Source: Acetobacteraceae bacterium
Lineage (GTDB): Bacteria; Pseudomonadota; Alphaproteobacteria; Acetobacterales; Acetobacteraceae
Reading direction: 5' to 3'
NCBI GenBank assembly: GCA_965199555.1
Contig: CBDASJ010000029.1
Span: 12,357-76,356 of the forward strand
DNA: 64,000 nt
Positions 56,317 through 64,000 of this stretch are shown in pieces; within the stretch, counting starts at the first letter, position 1, and each line of letters starts with the position of its first letter. The notes beneath the pieces were generated by a model. That model was not told the DNA's origin. It saw only the letters and a program-made list of their open reading frames with translations, and did no database searches. A program made the translations under genes and the position numbers.

Positions 56317-57464
56317 TACTCCGCCGCCATCGCCGGCAACGGCGGCAGCAGCCGCTTGAGCGCGACGTAGCCGTTATGGTCCATGCCGCGCCCGGCCTCC
56401 GCCGCACGGCCCACTAGCTCCGGCGCCCAGGTGACCAGCTTGCGGGCGTCGCCCGGCAGCAGGACGGCGATCTCCGCCGGCCGGTCGCCGGTCGCGGTGA
56501 TGGACCGCCAGGCCCCCGCCGGGACGGAAAAGAAGTCCTGCGCGTTCACCTGCACCGCGACTTCCTGCCCCGGCTCGTTGACCTTGACCTCGAAGCTGCC
56601 CTCGAAGCCGATCAGCACCTGCTTTTCCGCGACCTGGAACGGACCCACGGTATTGCCGGGCTGGATACGCAGGAACTCGACGGAAAAGCCGTGCGGGTTG
56701 CTGACTGGCACTTCGTGGTTGCGATCTTCCGTCATGCCGTAGCCCAGCACCGGCGCCATCTCGCTGGCATGGCCGGGCAGGCAGCTATCCAGCAACGCCC
56801 GGTCGGACCATTGCCGGTCCGCCACCGTCACCACGCGCTTGCGCATCTGCTCCGGCGTGTACGACCGGAAACTCTCCACGGTCGCCCGGTCGATAGGCTG
56901 CAGCAGCTCCTCCTGCCGCGGCTTGGCCGCGCCGGCTTCGGTATCCACCAGCATGTTGTCGGCGGTCAGATACAGCCCGAACCGCCCGGCGGTTTCCAGG
57001 ATCGACGGGTGCCAGATGATGCCGCCCGTGTCGTCGCCGCCCAGCGCGGTGAAGATCCAGCCATCCTCGTTGCCCGAGTTGGTAAAGCCACGGAAGATCC
57101 AGGTGGGGATGCTGACCACGTCGCCGGCGCGGCCGACGATCTCTCCGTCCTTGCCGTCGGCGCCCCAGCGGAACGTCCACTCGCCCTTGTAGATCATGAA
57201 CACTTCGGCGGTGTAGTGGACGTGCAGGTTGTTCACCGTGCCCGGCGGCATGGCGGCGACGCCCATGCTGAAGCCGTGCGGCTCCGTGATGTTCACCACC
57301 TGATCGGCGGACTGGCTGACGCCGGAACCGATCAGGGAATAGTTCTCCTTGGCCTGCGAGCCCGGCATCTTGCAGTCGATGAAGGCCACCTTGCACGCGA
57401 CCATGTCGGAGCGCTTCACCAGTCGCTGGCGAGCCGTTTCCGGGGTGAGTGGCATGTCGTTCAT
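56316..57464 (-). CDS. Bicupin protein (N-terminal cupin with HxH...E metal motif)
   Basis: ATG 57464 follows GAGGGAGA. PGTVNNLHVHYTAEVFMIYKGE is the metal motif. The second cupin (...FLRIQPGNTVGPFQVAEKQVLIGFEG) lacks the His residues. The stop overlaps the aldolase start (TAATG). Confidence 0.7.
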   Translation of the reverse strand: MNDMPLTPETARQRLVKRSDMVACKVAFIDCKMPGSQAKENYSLIGSGVSQSADQVVNITEPHGFSMGVAAMPPGTVNNLHVHYTAEVFMIYKGEWTFRWGADGKDGEIVGRAGDVVSIPTWIFRGFTNSGNEDGWIFTALGGDDTGGIIWHPSILETAGRFGLYLTADNMLVDTEAGAAKPRQEELLQPIDRATVESFRSYTPEQMRKRVVTVADRQWSDRALLDSCLPGHASEMAPVLGYGMTEDRNHEVPVSNPHGFSVEFLRIQPGNTVGPFQVAEKQVLIGFEGSFEVKVNEPGQEVAVQVNAQDFFSVPAGAWRSITATGDRPAEIAVLLPGDARKLVTWAPELVGRAAEAGRGMDHNGYVALKRLLPPLPAMAAE

Positions 57465-57475
57465 GGAAATCTCCC

Positions 57476-58567
57476 TCAATTGCCGGATACGAGTTCCGGC
57501 ACGCGCGACGCCATCTCGTGCAGGCGCAGCCCGCTTTCGGCGTCGAACAAATGCAACTGCCTGCCATCGGCCCGCAAGCCGACGGCACCATCGGCCCCCG
57601 CACGGAAGCCACGGTCGGTGCGGGCGATCACCCGCGCCGGACCGATCTGCGCGGTGACCAGGACCGCCTCACCCGTCAGTTCGGTGGTGAACACGGTGCC
57701 GGCCATGTGCCCTTCGCCCACGGCGGTGATCGCCAGGCATTCCGGCCGCACGCCCAGCACCACCCCGTCGCGCGACCCGATGCCGGCGCCGGGCAGGTTC
57801 ACGCCCGGGGCCATGAAGGTGCCGTCCACCAAGGCGCCGGTGATCAGGTTCATCGGCGGCGAGCCGATGAAGCCAGCGACGAACAGGTTGGCCGGCTGGT
57901 CATACACCTCCGCCGGCGGGGCGATCTGCTGCACCACCCCGTTCTTCATCACGGCCACACGGTGCGCCAGGGTCATTGCCTCGATCTGGTCATGCGTCAC
58001 GTAGATTGTGGTGATGCCCAGCTCGGCTTGCAGGTGCTTGATCTCGGCGCGCATGGTGACGCGTAGCTTGGCGTCCAGGTTGGATAGCGGCTCGTCCATC
58101 AGGAACACCGCCGGGGTGCGCACGATCGCCCGGGCCAGCGCCACGCGCTGCCGCTGGCCGCCGGACAACTCCCGCGGACGCCGGTGCAGCAGATTGCCCA
58201 GCTCCACCTTGCCCGCGGCCTCCGCCACGCGACGGGCGCGGTCCGCCCGCGCTACGCCGCGCACGCGCAGGGGATAGGCGATGTTCTCCCCCACCGTCAG
58301 GTGCGGATACAAGCCGTAATTCTGGAACACCATGGCGATGTCCCGGTCCTTCGGCATCACGTCGTTCACGCAGCGGTCGCCGATCCAGATTTCGCCGCTG
58401 CTCGGCTCCTCCAGCCCAGCGACCATGCGCATGGTCGTGGTCTTGCCGCAGCCGGACGGGCCCAGCAGCACCAGGAACTCGCCGTCCGCGACGGTCAACG
58501 ATTGCCGGGCGACCGCGACGAAGCTGGCCCAGCGCTTTTCCACATCCTTTAGGACGACCTGCGCCAT
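57476..58567 (-). CDS. ABC transporter ATP-binding protein (MalK/UgpC-like, CUT1)
   Basis: ATG 58567. GPSGCGKTT, LSGGQRQRVALARA and FLMDEP are present, with a C-terminal regulatory domain. Confidence 0.9.
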   Translation of the reverse strand: MAQVVLKDVEKRWASFVAVARQSLTVADGEFLVLLGPSGCGKTTTMRMVAGLEEPSSGEIWIGDRCVNDVMPKDRDIAMVFQNYGLYPHLTVGENIAYPLRVRGVARADRARRVAEAAGKVELGNLLHRRPRELSGGQRQRVALARAIVRTPAVFLMDEPLSNLDAKLRVTMRAEIKHLQAELGITTIYVTHDQIEAMTLAHRVAVMKNGVVQQIAPPAEVYDQPANLFVAGFIGSPPMNLITGALVDGTFMAPGVNLPGAGIGSRDGVVLGVRPECLAITAVGEGHMAGTVFTTELTGEAVLVTAQIGPARVIARTDRGFRAGADGAVGLRADGRQLHLFDAESGLRLHEMASRVPELVSGN

Positions 58568-59385
58568 CAGCGAACCGCTCCCATGGTCATGCCTTGCACG
58601 AAATGCTTCTGCACCAGCAAGGCCAGCACGATCATCGGCGCCATGATCAGCAGCCCAGCGGCGGAAAGCAGGTGCCACTGCATCCCTTCCTGCCCGTTGA
58701 ACAACTGCAATCCCACCGGCAGCGTCACCGCGTCACGCCGGGTCAGGATCAGCGCGAACAGGAACTCGTTCCAGGAGATGATGAAGGCAAAGATGGCGGC
58801 AGTGATGATGCCCGGCGCCGCCATCGGCAGCACGACCCGGCGCAGCACCTGCAACCGGGTGGAACCGTCCACCAATGCCGCTTCCTCCGTTTCCAGCGGG
58901 ATGCCGTCGACGAAACCTTTGATCATCCAGACCGCGAACGGCATGACGATGGCGGTGTCCACCAGGATCAGCGCCGACCGCGTGTCCAGCATGCCCAGGT
59001 CGCGGAACATCAGGAAGAATGGCAGCACGATCACCACGGCCGGCACGAACTGGGTCGCCAGGATGGTGACCAGCATCACCCGCTCCCCCCGCATGCGGAA
59101 CCGCGAAAAGGCATAGGCGGCGCAGGTCGCCAGGGGGATTGAGATGAGCACGACGCTGAGGGAGACGATGGCGCTGTTCAGCAGCTTCTGGTGGATCAGG
59201 TAGGGCGCCTCGAAGATGGTGACGAAGTTCTCCAGCGTCGGGGTGAAGAACAGCTTCAACTGGAACACGTCCACGCTGGTCTTGAACGCCGCCAGCGCGA
59301 TCCAGACGATCGGCAGCAGCACCAGCATCGCGGCCAGCACCACCAGCCCATCCTGGACGCGACGCCAGCCGCCTTTCCGCTTCAT
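58567..59385 (-). CDS. Carbohydrate-type ABC transporter permease (MalG/UgpE-like)
   Basis: ATG 59385. The EAA loop is ...ETEEAALVDGSTRLQVLRRVVLP. 272 aa. Confidence 0.85.
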   Translation of the reverse strand: MKRKGGWRRVQDGLVVLAAMLVLLPIVWIALAAFKTSVDVFQLKLFFTPTLENFVTIFEAPYLIHQKLLNSAIVSLSVVLISIPLATCAAYAFSRFRMRGERVMLVTILATQFVPAVVIVLPFFLMFRDLGMLDTRSALILVDTAIVMPFAVWMIKGFVDGIPLETEEAALVDGSTRLQVLRRVVLPMAAPGIITAAIFAFIISWNEFLFALILTRRDAVTLPVGLQLFNGQEGMQWHLLSAAGLLIMAPMIVLALLVQKHFVQGMTMGAVR

Positions 59386-60341
59386 GCCGCCCTCCGGAAC
59401 ACGAACTTGATGTAAAGGAAGGTCAGCCCCAGCATCGGTATCACCATCAGCCAGGACACGGCGGCGGCAAAACCCATGTCGTAGTATTTGAAGCCGTTCA
59501 GATAGGCGTAATACACCAGCGTCTGCGTCGCATGGCCCGGCCCGCCTTGCGTGAGCATGAAGATCACGTCGAACTGCTTCAACGCGAAGATCGTCTTGAG
59601 GATAATCACCACCACCAGCACCGGGCGGAGCTGCGGGATGATGATGCCGAACAGGATGCGCCAGGCGGGCGAGCCGTCCATCTGCGCCGCCTCGATCGTG
59701 TCCTGCGGCAGGGAAGCCAGGCCGCCAATCAGGATCAGGCACATGAACGGCGTCCAGGCCCACACGTCCGCCATCACCAGGGCGGAGAACGCCAGCGCCG
59801 GGGTGGATAGCCAGTTGATCCCGGACAGCGGCGGGATCAGCGTGCCGAACAGGGCGGCGAACAGGCCGAATTCCGGGTTGAACAGGAACCGCCAGGAAAT
59901 GCCGACCAGCGCCGGGCTCATGGCGAAGGGCAGGATCAGCAGCGTTTGCACCGCACGCCGCAGCAACCCGCCCCGCACCAGCAGCAGCGCCAGGCTGAGC
60001 GCCAGGACGGTGGTCAGCGTGACGCTGAGCAGCACGAACAGCGCGCTGTTGCCGACCGACAGCCAGAACTCGCTCGTGCCGAAGGCCTGTGCGTAATTGG
60101 CCCAGCCGGTGAACGGACCCGGCACCGGCGACCGTGCCAGCCGCCAGGTGCGGAACGACAGCATAAGGGAATATATCAGCGGCCACACCGCCGTGCCGGC
60201 CACCACCAGCATGGCGGGCAGCACCAGGAGGTATTTGACCTGGTTGTCGCGCAGGTCCGGCAGGCGCACGAAGCGGCGCGGCGGCACGGCCATGGTGGCC
60301 GCCGCCTGCGCCGTCGTCGTGGCACCTGCCATCGCGTCCAT
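59382..60341 (-). CDS. Carbohydrate-type ABC transporter permease (MalF/UgpA-like)
   Basis: ATG 60341 overlaps the SBP stop. The EAA loop is ...IEAAQMDGSPAWRILFGIIIP. Confidence 0.85.
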   Translation of the reverse strand: MDAMAGATTTAQAAATMAVPPRRFVRLPDLRDNQVKYLLVLPAMLVVAGTAVWPLIYSLMLSFRTWRLARSPVPGPFTGWANYAQAFGTSEFWLSVGNSALFVLLSVTLTTVLALSLALLLVRGGLLRRAVQTLLILPFAMSPALVGISWRFLFNPEFGLFAALFGTLIPPLSGINWLSTPALAFSALVMADVWAWTPFMCLILIGGLASLPQDTIEAAQMDGSPAWRILFGIIIPQLRPVLVVVIILKTIFALKQFDVIFMLTQGGPGHATQTLVYYAYLNGFKYYDMGFAAAVSWLMVIPMLGLTFLYIKFVFRRAA

Positions 60342-61678
60342 CAGTTGTAGCCAGCCTGCTTCAGCACGCTCGTGGCATCCGCGGCAGCCTTGGTCATCAA
60401 GGCGCGCACGTCGCCGCCGCCAGCCGCCTGTTCGATGGCGTTGGCCAGCAGATCGCCCACCTGCGGCCATTCCGCGATCATCGGCAGCGTGTCGGATTCC
60501 TTGAGGCTTTCGTAGCAGGCCTTCGGCACCCCGGCATTCGCGGCGTTGACCTCCGGATCAAGGAAGTTCTCCGTCACGTTGACGACGTTGTTGATGATCT
60601 TCAACCCGCCGATCTCGCGCACGATGGCATTGGACTTGTCCATCACCGGGTTTGACAGCCACTTCATGAATTCCCACGCGGCGTCCTGCTTGCGGGAAAA
60701 GCTGTTGAGAGAGAAGGGCAGCGTGGACGCGCAGGTGACGGCGCGGCCCTGATAGGTCGGCCACTTGCTGAACCCGACCTGCGCCGCCGTCAACACGGAC
60801 TGGCCCGGCGTCACCATCGGCGAGTATGCCCATTCCCAAATCGGGATCATGGCGGACTTGCCCTGCTGGAAGGACACGCGCGCATCCTGCTCCACGAAGG
60901 AGATGGAGGCTGGGTTCGCCACCTTCTCCTTGGTCAACAGGCCGACATAGAACTCGGTGGCCTTAATGGCACCGTCCGTCGTCCAGGCCGGGCGCATCTT
61001 GTCGTCCAGGATCTGGTTGCCGGACGACCAGATGAAGTCGCACCAGTGGAACAGCGACTGCCGCGTGCCATCGTTGTGGTACGACAGCGCCAGCGGCTCG
61101 ATATCGGTGCGCTTGGCACGGATCGCCTTGCCGGCGGCGACCACGTCGTCCCAGGTTTCCGGCGCCTTGAGGCCGAGCGGCTCGAACACGTCCTTGCGGT
61201 AATAGAACAGTTGCCCATGGCTGCGCATCGGCAGGCCCGTCACCTCGGACTTGAAAGACGACGCCTTGATGAAGCCGGGCAGATACCGGTCCATCGACAA
61301 GCCATCGCGCTTGAGCAGCGGCGCCAGCTTGACGAACCAATGCGCGTTGGACGGCCCCCAGCCGTCGAGGTAGTTCACCACGTCATACGTGTCGTCCGAG
61401 CCGACGCCGATCGACGTGACCTTATCCTGCAATGCGGGAAACGGCACGAAATCCCAGGTCGCGGTGATACCGGTAAGCTCGGTGAACTCCGCCTGTCGCT
61501 TCTGCAAGGCCTGGAACTGCGGCGTCACCACCGCCAGGATGTTCAGCTTGGCACCGTTGAACGGCTTGCCGGCCTTTAAGCCATACGGGGCGCTGCCCGG
61601 CGGCGTACCCTGGGCCAGCGCCGGCAGCGCCGCCGTGGCGGCGGAAGCGGCAAGCAGCGAGCGGCGTGTAAGGTGCAA
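60341..61678 (-). CDS. ABC transporter substrate-binding protein (family 1, sugar-type) with Tat-like signal
   Basis: MHLTRRSLLAASAATAALPALAQG. 445 aa. First gene of the ABC operon. Confidence 0.85.
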   Translation of the reverse strand: MHLTRRSLLAASAATAALPALAQGTPPGSAPYGLKAGKPFNGAKLNILAVVTPQFQALQKRQAEFTELTGITATWDFVPFPALQDKVTSIGVGSDDTYDVVNYLDGWGPSNAHWFVKLAPLLKRDGLSMDRYLPGFIKASSFKSEVTGLPMRSHGQLFYYRKDVFEPLGLKAPETWDDVVAAGKAIRAKRTDIEPLALSYHNDGTRQSLFHWCDFIWSSGNQILDDKMRPAWTTDGAIKATEFYVGLLTKEKVANPASISFVEQDARVSFQQGKSAMIPIWEWAYSPMVTPGQSVLTAAQVGFSKWPTYQGRAVTCASTLPFSLNSFSRKQDAAWEFMKWLSNPVMDKSNAIVREIGGLKIINNVVNVTENFLDPEVNAANAGVPKACYESLKESDTLPMIAEWPQVGDLLANAIEQAAGGGDVRALMTKAAADATSVLKQAGYN

Positions 61679-61873
61679 GGTGTTCCTCCCGCATGGCAGG
61701 CCGCGAGGGCGCCCTGCCGGTTGTTGCGATTCGTAAAGGTGATGTCAGACCACCCGCCGTTCGCCCGCTTGCAGGAAAACGACATTTCCTTTGAATAAGC
61801 GGGCCAAGTCGTAGATGCCGTCCTGCGACCCGCGTCCAAAGGAGCTTCGACCCTGATCAACACCGAGCTTCGC

Positions 61874-62977
61874 TTGAGTGACCGCCCGGCCGGCGTTCGG
61901 CTCGCCGTGGGCATCATCCCACTGCAGAACTTCACCATCACCACCTTCTCGGGCTTCATCGACATGCTGCGGCTGGCGGCGGATGAGGGCGACCGATCCC
62001 GGCAGAACGCCTGCGCCTGGACCGTGCTGGGGTTGGACCGCAACCCGGTGCGCTCGTCCTGCGGCATCGAGGTGCAGCCGCAGGAGCCGCTGGGCGCGCC
62101 GGACCGCTTCGACGTCATCGTCGTCGCCGGCGGCCGCCTGCCGCCGCCCGGCGACCGGATGTTGAACGATCACGCCCGCGCCTTTCTACGGGCGGCTGCC
62201 GAGGCCGGGGTGGAGTTGATCGGCATCTGCACCGGCAGCCTGGCGCTGGTGGAGGCCGGCATGCTGCGCCCGGGCGCGCGCTGCTGCGTGTCCTGGTATC
62301 ACTATCCCGACTTGCAGGAGCGGTTTCCGGGCGTGACACCGGTGGCGGACCGGCTTTGGGTGCGCGAAGGGCTTATCACCACCTGCGCCGGTGGTCTGGC
62401 AGCGGTGGACCTGGCCGCCACGCTGATCCAGGAGCGGTTGGGCGGCGCCGTCGCGCAGAAAAGCCTGCACATCCTGCTTGCGGAAGGGCCACGCTCCGGC
62501 GCGGCCACGCAGCCGCAGCCGCCCAACATGCTGCCGGTGCGGGACCAGCGGGTCCGGCGCGCCATGCTGCTGATGGAACAGAACCTGTCCTCGCCGCTCA
62601 ATGCCGGGCAACTGGCTCTGGAGGTTGCGGTGTCGAAGCGCCAGTTGGAGCGGCTGTTCCGCCGCGACCTCGGCGTCGGCATCCAACAGTTCGGCCGCGA
62701 CATGCGGCTGTTCTACGCGGTGTGGCTGATGACGCACGCCGCCAGCCGCACCAGCGACATCGCCGCCCAATGCGGCTTCGCGGACGCCGCACATTTCAGC
62801 CGCACCTTCCGCACCGCATTCGGCGACAGCCCGGTCGCTGTGCGACGGCGCGGCACGACGGCGTTGCAGGCCATGCTGGAAGACTGGTGGCCCTACGGGC
62901 AACTACCGAAGGCCGCAAAATCCCCCGCGCAGCCACCCTCCTTCCCCATGTCCGGGGACCGCCGCCCTTACCTTTAG
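61874..62977 (+). CDS. GlxA-type AraC family transcriptional regulator (DJ-1/PfpI-like domain plus HTH)
   Basis: The N-terminal domain has ...LIGICTGSLALVEAG.... The C-terminal AraC HTH is ...TSDIAAQCGFADAAHFSRTFRTAFGDSP. The start codon is uncertain (TTG 61874). Confidence 0.85.
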   Translation: MSDRPAGVRLAVGIIPLQNFTITTFSGFIDMLRLAADEGDRSRQNACAWTVLGLDRNPVRSSCGIEVQPQEPLGAPDRFDVIVVAGGRLPPPGDRMLNDHARAFLRAAAEAGVELIGICTGSLALVEAGMLRPGARCCVSWYHYPDLQERFPGVTPVADRLWVREGLITTCAGGLAAVDLAATLIQERLGGAVAQKSLHILLAEGPRSGAATQPQPPNMLPVRDQRVRRAMLLMEQNLSSPLNAGQLALEVAVSKRQLERLFRRDLGVGIQQFGRDMRLFYAVWLMTHAASRTSDIAAQCGFADAAHFSRTFRTAFGDSPVAVRRRGTTALQAMLEDWWPYGQLPKAAKSPAQPPSFPMSGDRRPYL

Positions 62978-63131
62978 GGTCGAATTTGGCACCCGAAACC
63001 CGGCAATAATCCCGATCGAAATCAGCGCGCATCCCTGATCGGCGAGTGTGGGAAGAGCGGTTTGCTGACTGCAACGTTCCCAATCACCGACGTATGTTAA
63101 AGGCAAGTCGCCCGCTGGACGGTCTGCCGGG

Positions 63132-63548
63132 CTATCTCGGCGATGGTGCTGGGCCAATGCCGGCCAAGGTCATGCCGTAATCCATGACGGCTGCGTCGGA
63201 CTTCCGCAGTTCAACACGGACGGGTGTCGCCAATGGGTTTGGGGATCGCGAGCCGGTGACAAGCCAGGTCGCACCGCGATCCTCGACCAGGAACGGTCCC
63301 TGCAGATCGAAGGAGCGCTGCCCTTCGGTGGCGAGGACGACCTGCTGGGCGTAGGCAAGCGCGGCTTCCGGGGTCGTCAAAGGAATGCGGTCGTCGGCGC
63401 CGCGTACGCGGGGCAACAGGCGCTCGAAGAAACTGTCCTCCTGCGTCGGGGTGAGGTGTCCGATCGGGTCGGGCGGGAACTGAGCCATGACGACACTTTC
63501 TACAAAAAGAGCTGTCGCAAGAACGAAAACCAGGGCCAGTGGGCTCAT
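63132..63548 (-). CDS. Small exported hypothetical protein (possibly NTF2-fold-like)
   Basis: ATG 63548 inside ORF 63132..63932. Signal peptide MSPLALVFVLATALFVESVVMA. ...PEAALAYAQQVVL...PFLVEDRGATWLVTG...VRVELRKSDAAVM is reminiscent of small NTF2-like proteins; this is from memory only. Confidence 0.45.
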   Translation of the reverse strand: MSPLALVFVLATALFVESVVMAQFPPDPIGHLTPTQEDSFFERLLPRVRGADDRIPLTTPEAALAYAQQVVLATEGQRSFDLQGPFLVEDRGATWLVTGSRSPNPLATPVRVELRKSDAAVMDYGMTLAGIGPAPSPR

Positions 63549-64000
63549 TCTACGATCGTCATCAGGTCCGCCATGTCTCCGGGGTAAAACATCGATCACC
63601 CGGTAAGGCTGTCCTTGCAAGGCGTAGATGACCATTATGGATAGAGGAGGCAGCGGTGAATTTACCGGAAGCCCTGCAGAAGTGTGCAATCCAAGCAACC
63701 GAGAATGACCGCGATACAACTGCTTAGAGTCAAACAGACTTAACGGCCCTCGCCTTTGCCTGTCCAAACCTGCCTTTCTCCTTTTGGCCCCGACGCGGAC
63801 TTGGGCCAAACATGAGGCTTCGCACTCCCTGATCGGCAGTAACACATCACCTACAGCACCGCCACCTGACGTCGGGCGTCGCCCATGAGGTCGGCCACAG
63901 GCGCGCTTAACCTGGCTTCGCCGCCGCCCCACGCTGGTGTGCGATGATCTGCTTCCAGATCACCACCTCGTCGATCGTGATCCATTCCTGCCGCACCCGC

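Noticed and set aside
61773-61790. AGGAAA-n6-TTTCCT palindrome between the sugar ABC operon and the AraC/GlxA gene
   Set aside because: AraC-family sites are usually direct repeats, and a 6-bp-arm palindrome is plausible by chance. No further support.
63907-64000. Partial CDS at the right edge (- strand, about 30 codons)
   Set aside because: It is too short to identify and I recognised no family. It is mentioned only in the finding on the right end.

Overview
GC-rich bacterial chromosome segment with alphaproteobacterial gene order. My guess is Acetobacteraceae/Rhodospirillales-like, which I cannot verify here.

Bases 1-8779 are the conserved replication-initiation neighbourhood, all on the + strand: mutM (3' part), a DUF1640-like coiled-coil gene, enoyl-CoA hydratase, rpsT, dnaA, dnaN, recF, gyrB.

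From 8.8 kb onward the window is a mosaic of accessory and catabolic modules, in this order:
- An islet of small orphan genes (8.8-11.2 kb).
- An Asp/Glu racemase divergent from an NPPY methyltransferase plus a heme-oxygenase-like diiron (HDO) enzyme.
- A degraded IS5-family transposase.
- An exported-protein gene pair whose first gene is frameshifted by a perfect 17-bp tandem duplication.
- A small gene graveyard: a 5'-truncated SDR and decayed copies of two MBL-fold genes.
- An IclR/TRAP-transporter locus with an amidohydrolase, a NifU-C-like protein, a GlcG-like protein and an intact pair of flavodiiron-core-like MBL-fold proteins.
- A fused E1 alpha/beta plus E2 2-oxoacid dehydrogenase with a GMC oxidoreductase and two FAH-family genes.
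- LysR, MFS, GntR and SMP-30 genes.
- A PoxB-like TPP enzyme, an enolase-superfamily enzyme, an internally duplicated His-bearing membrane protein, a signal-less gluconate-2-dehydrogenase-subunit-3-like protein and a GMC flavoprotein.
- GntR plus a LeuCD-like hydro-lyase, a NitT/TauT-type ABC importer and an isocitrate-lyase/PEP-mutase-family enzyme.
- MFS plus an amidohydrolase.
- A CUT1-type ABC importer plus a bicupin and an HpcH aldolase, with a GlxA/AraC regulator.

I recognised no rRNA, tRNA, CRISPR array or intact mobile element. Many long ORFs in the supplied track are antisense shadows of real genes, a GC-rich artefact. All functional calls come from reading the translated ORFs (motifs, family resemblance, gene context), not from database searches. 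Start codons are best guesses.
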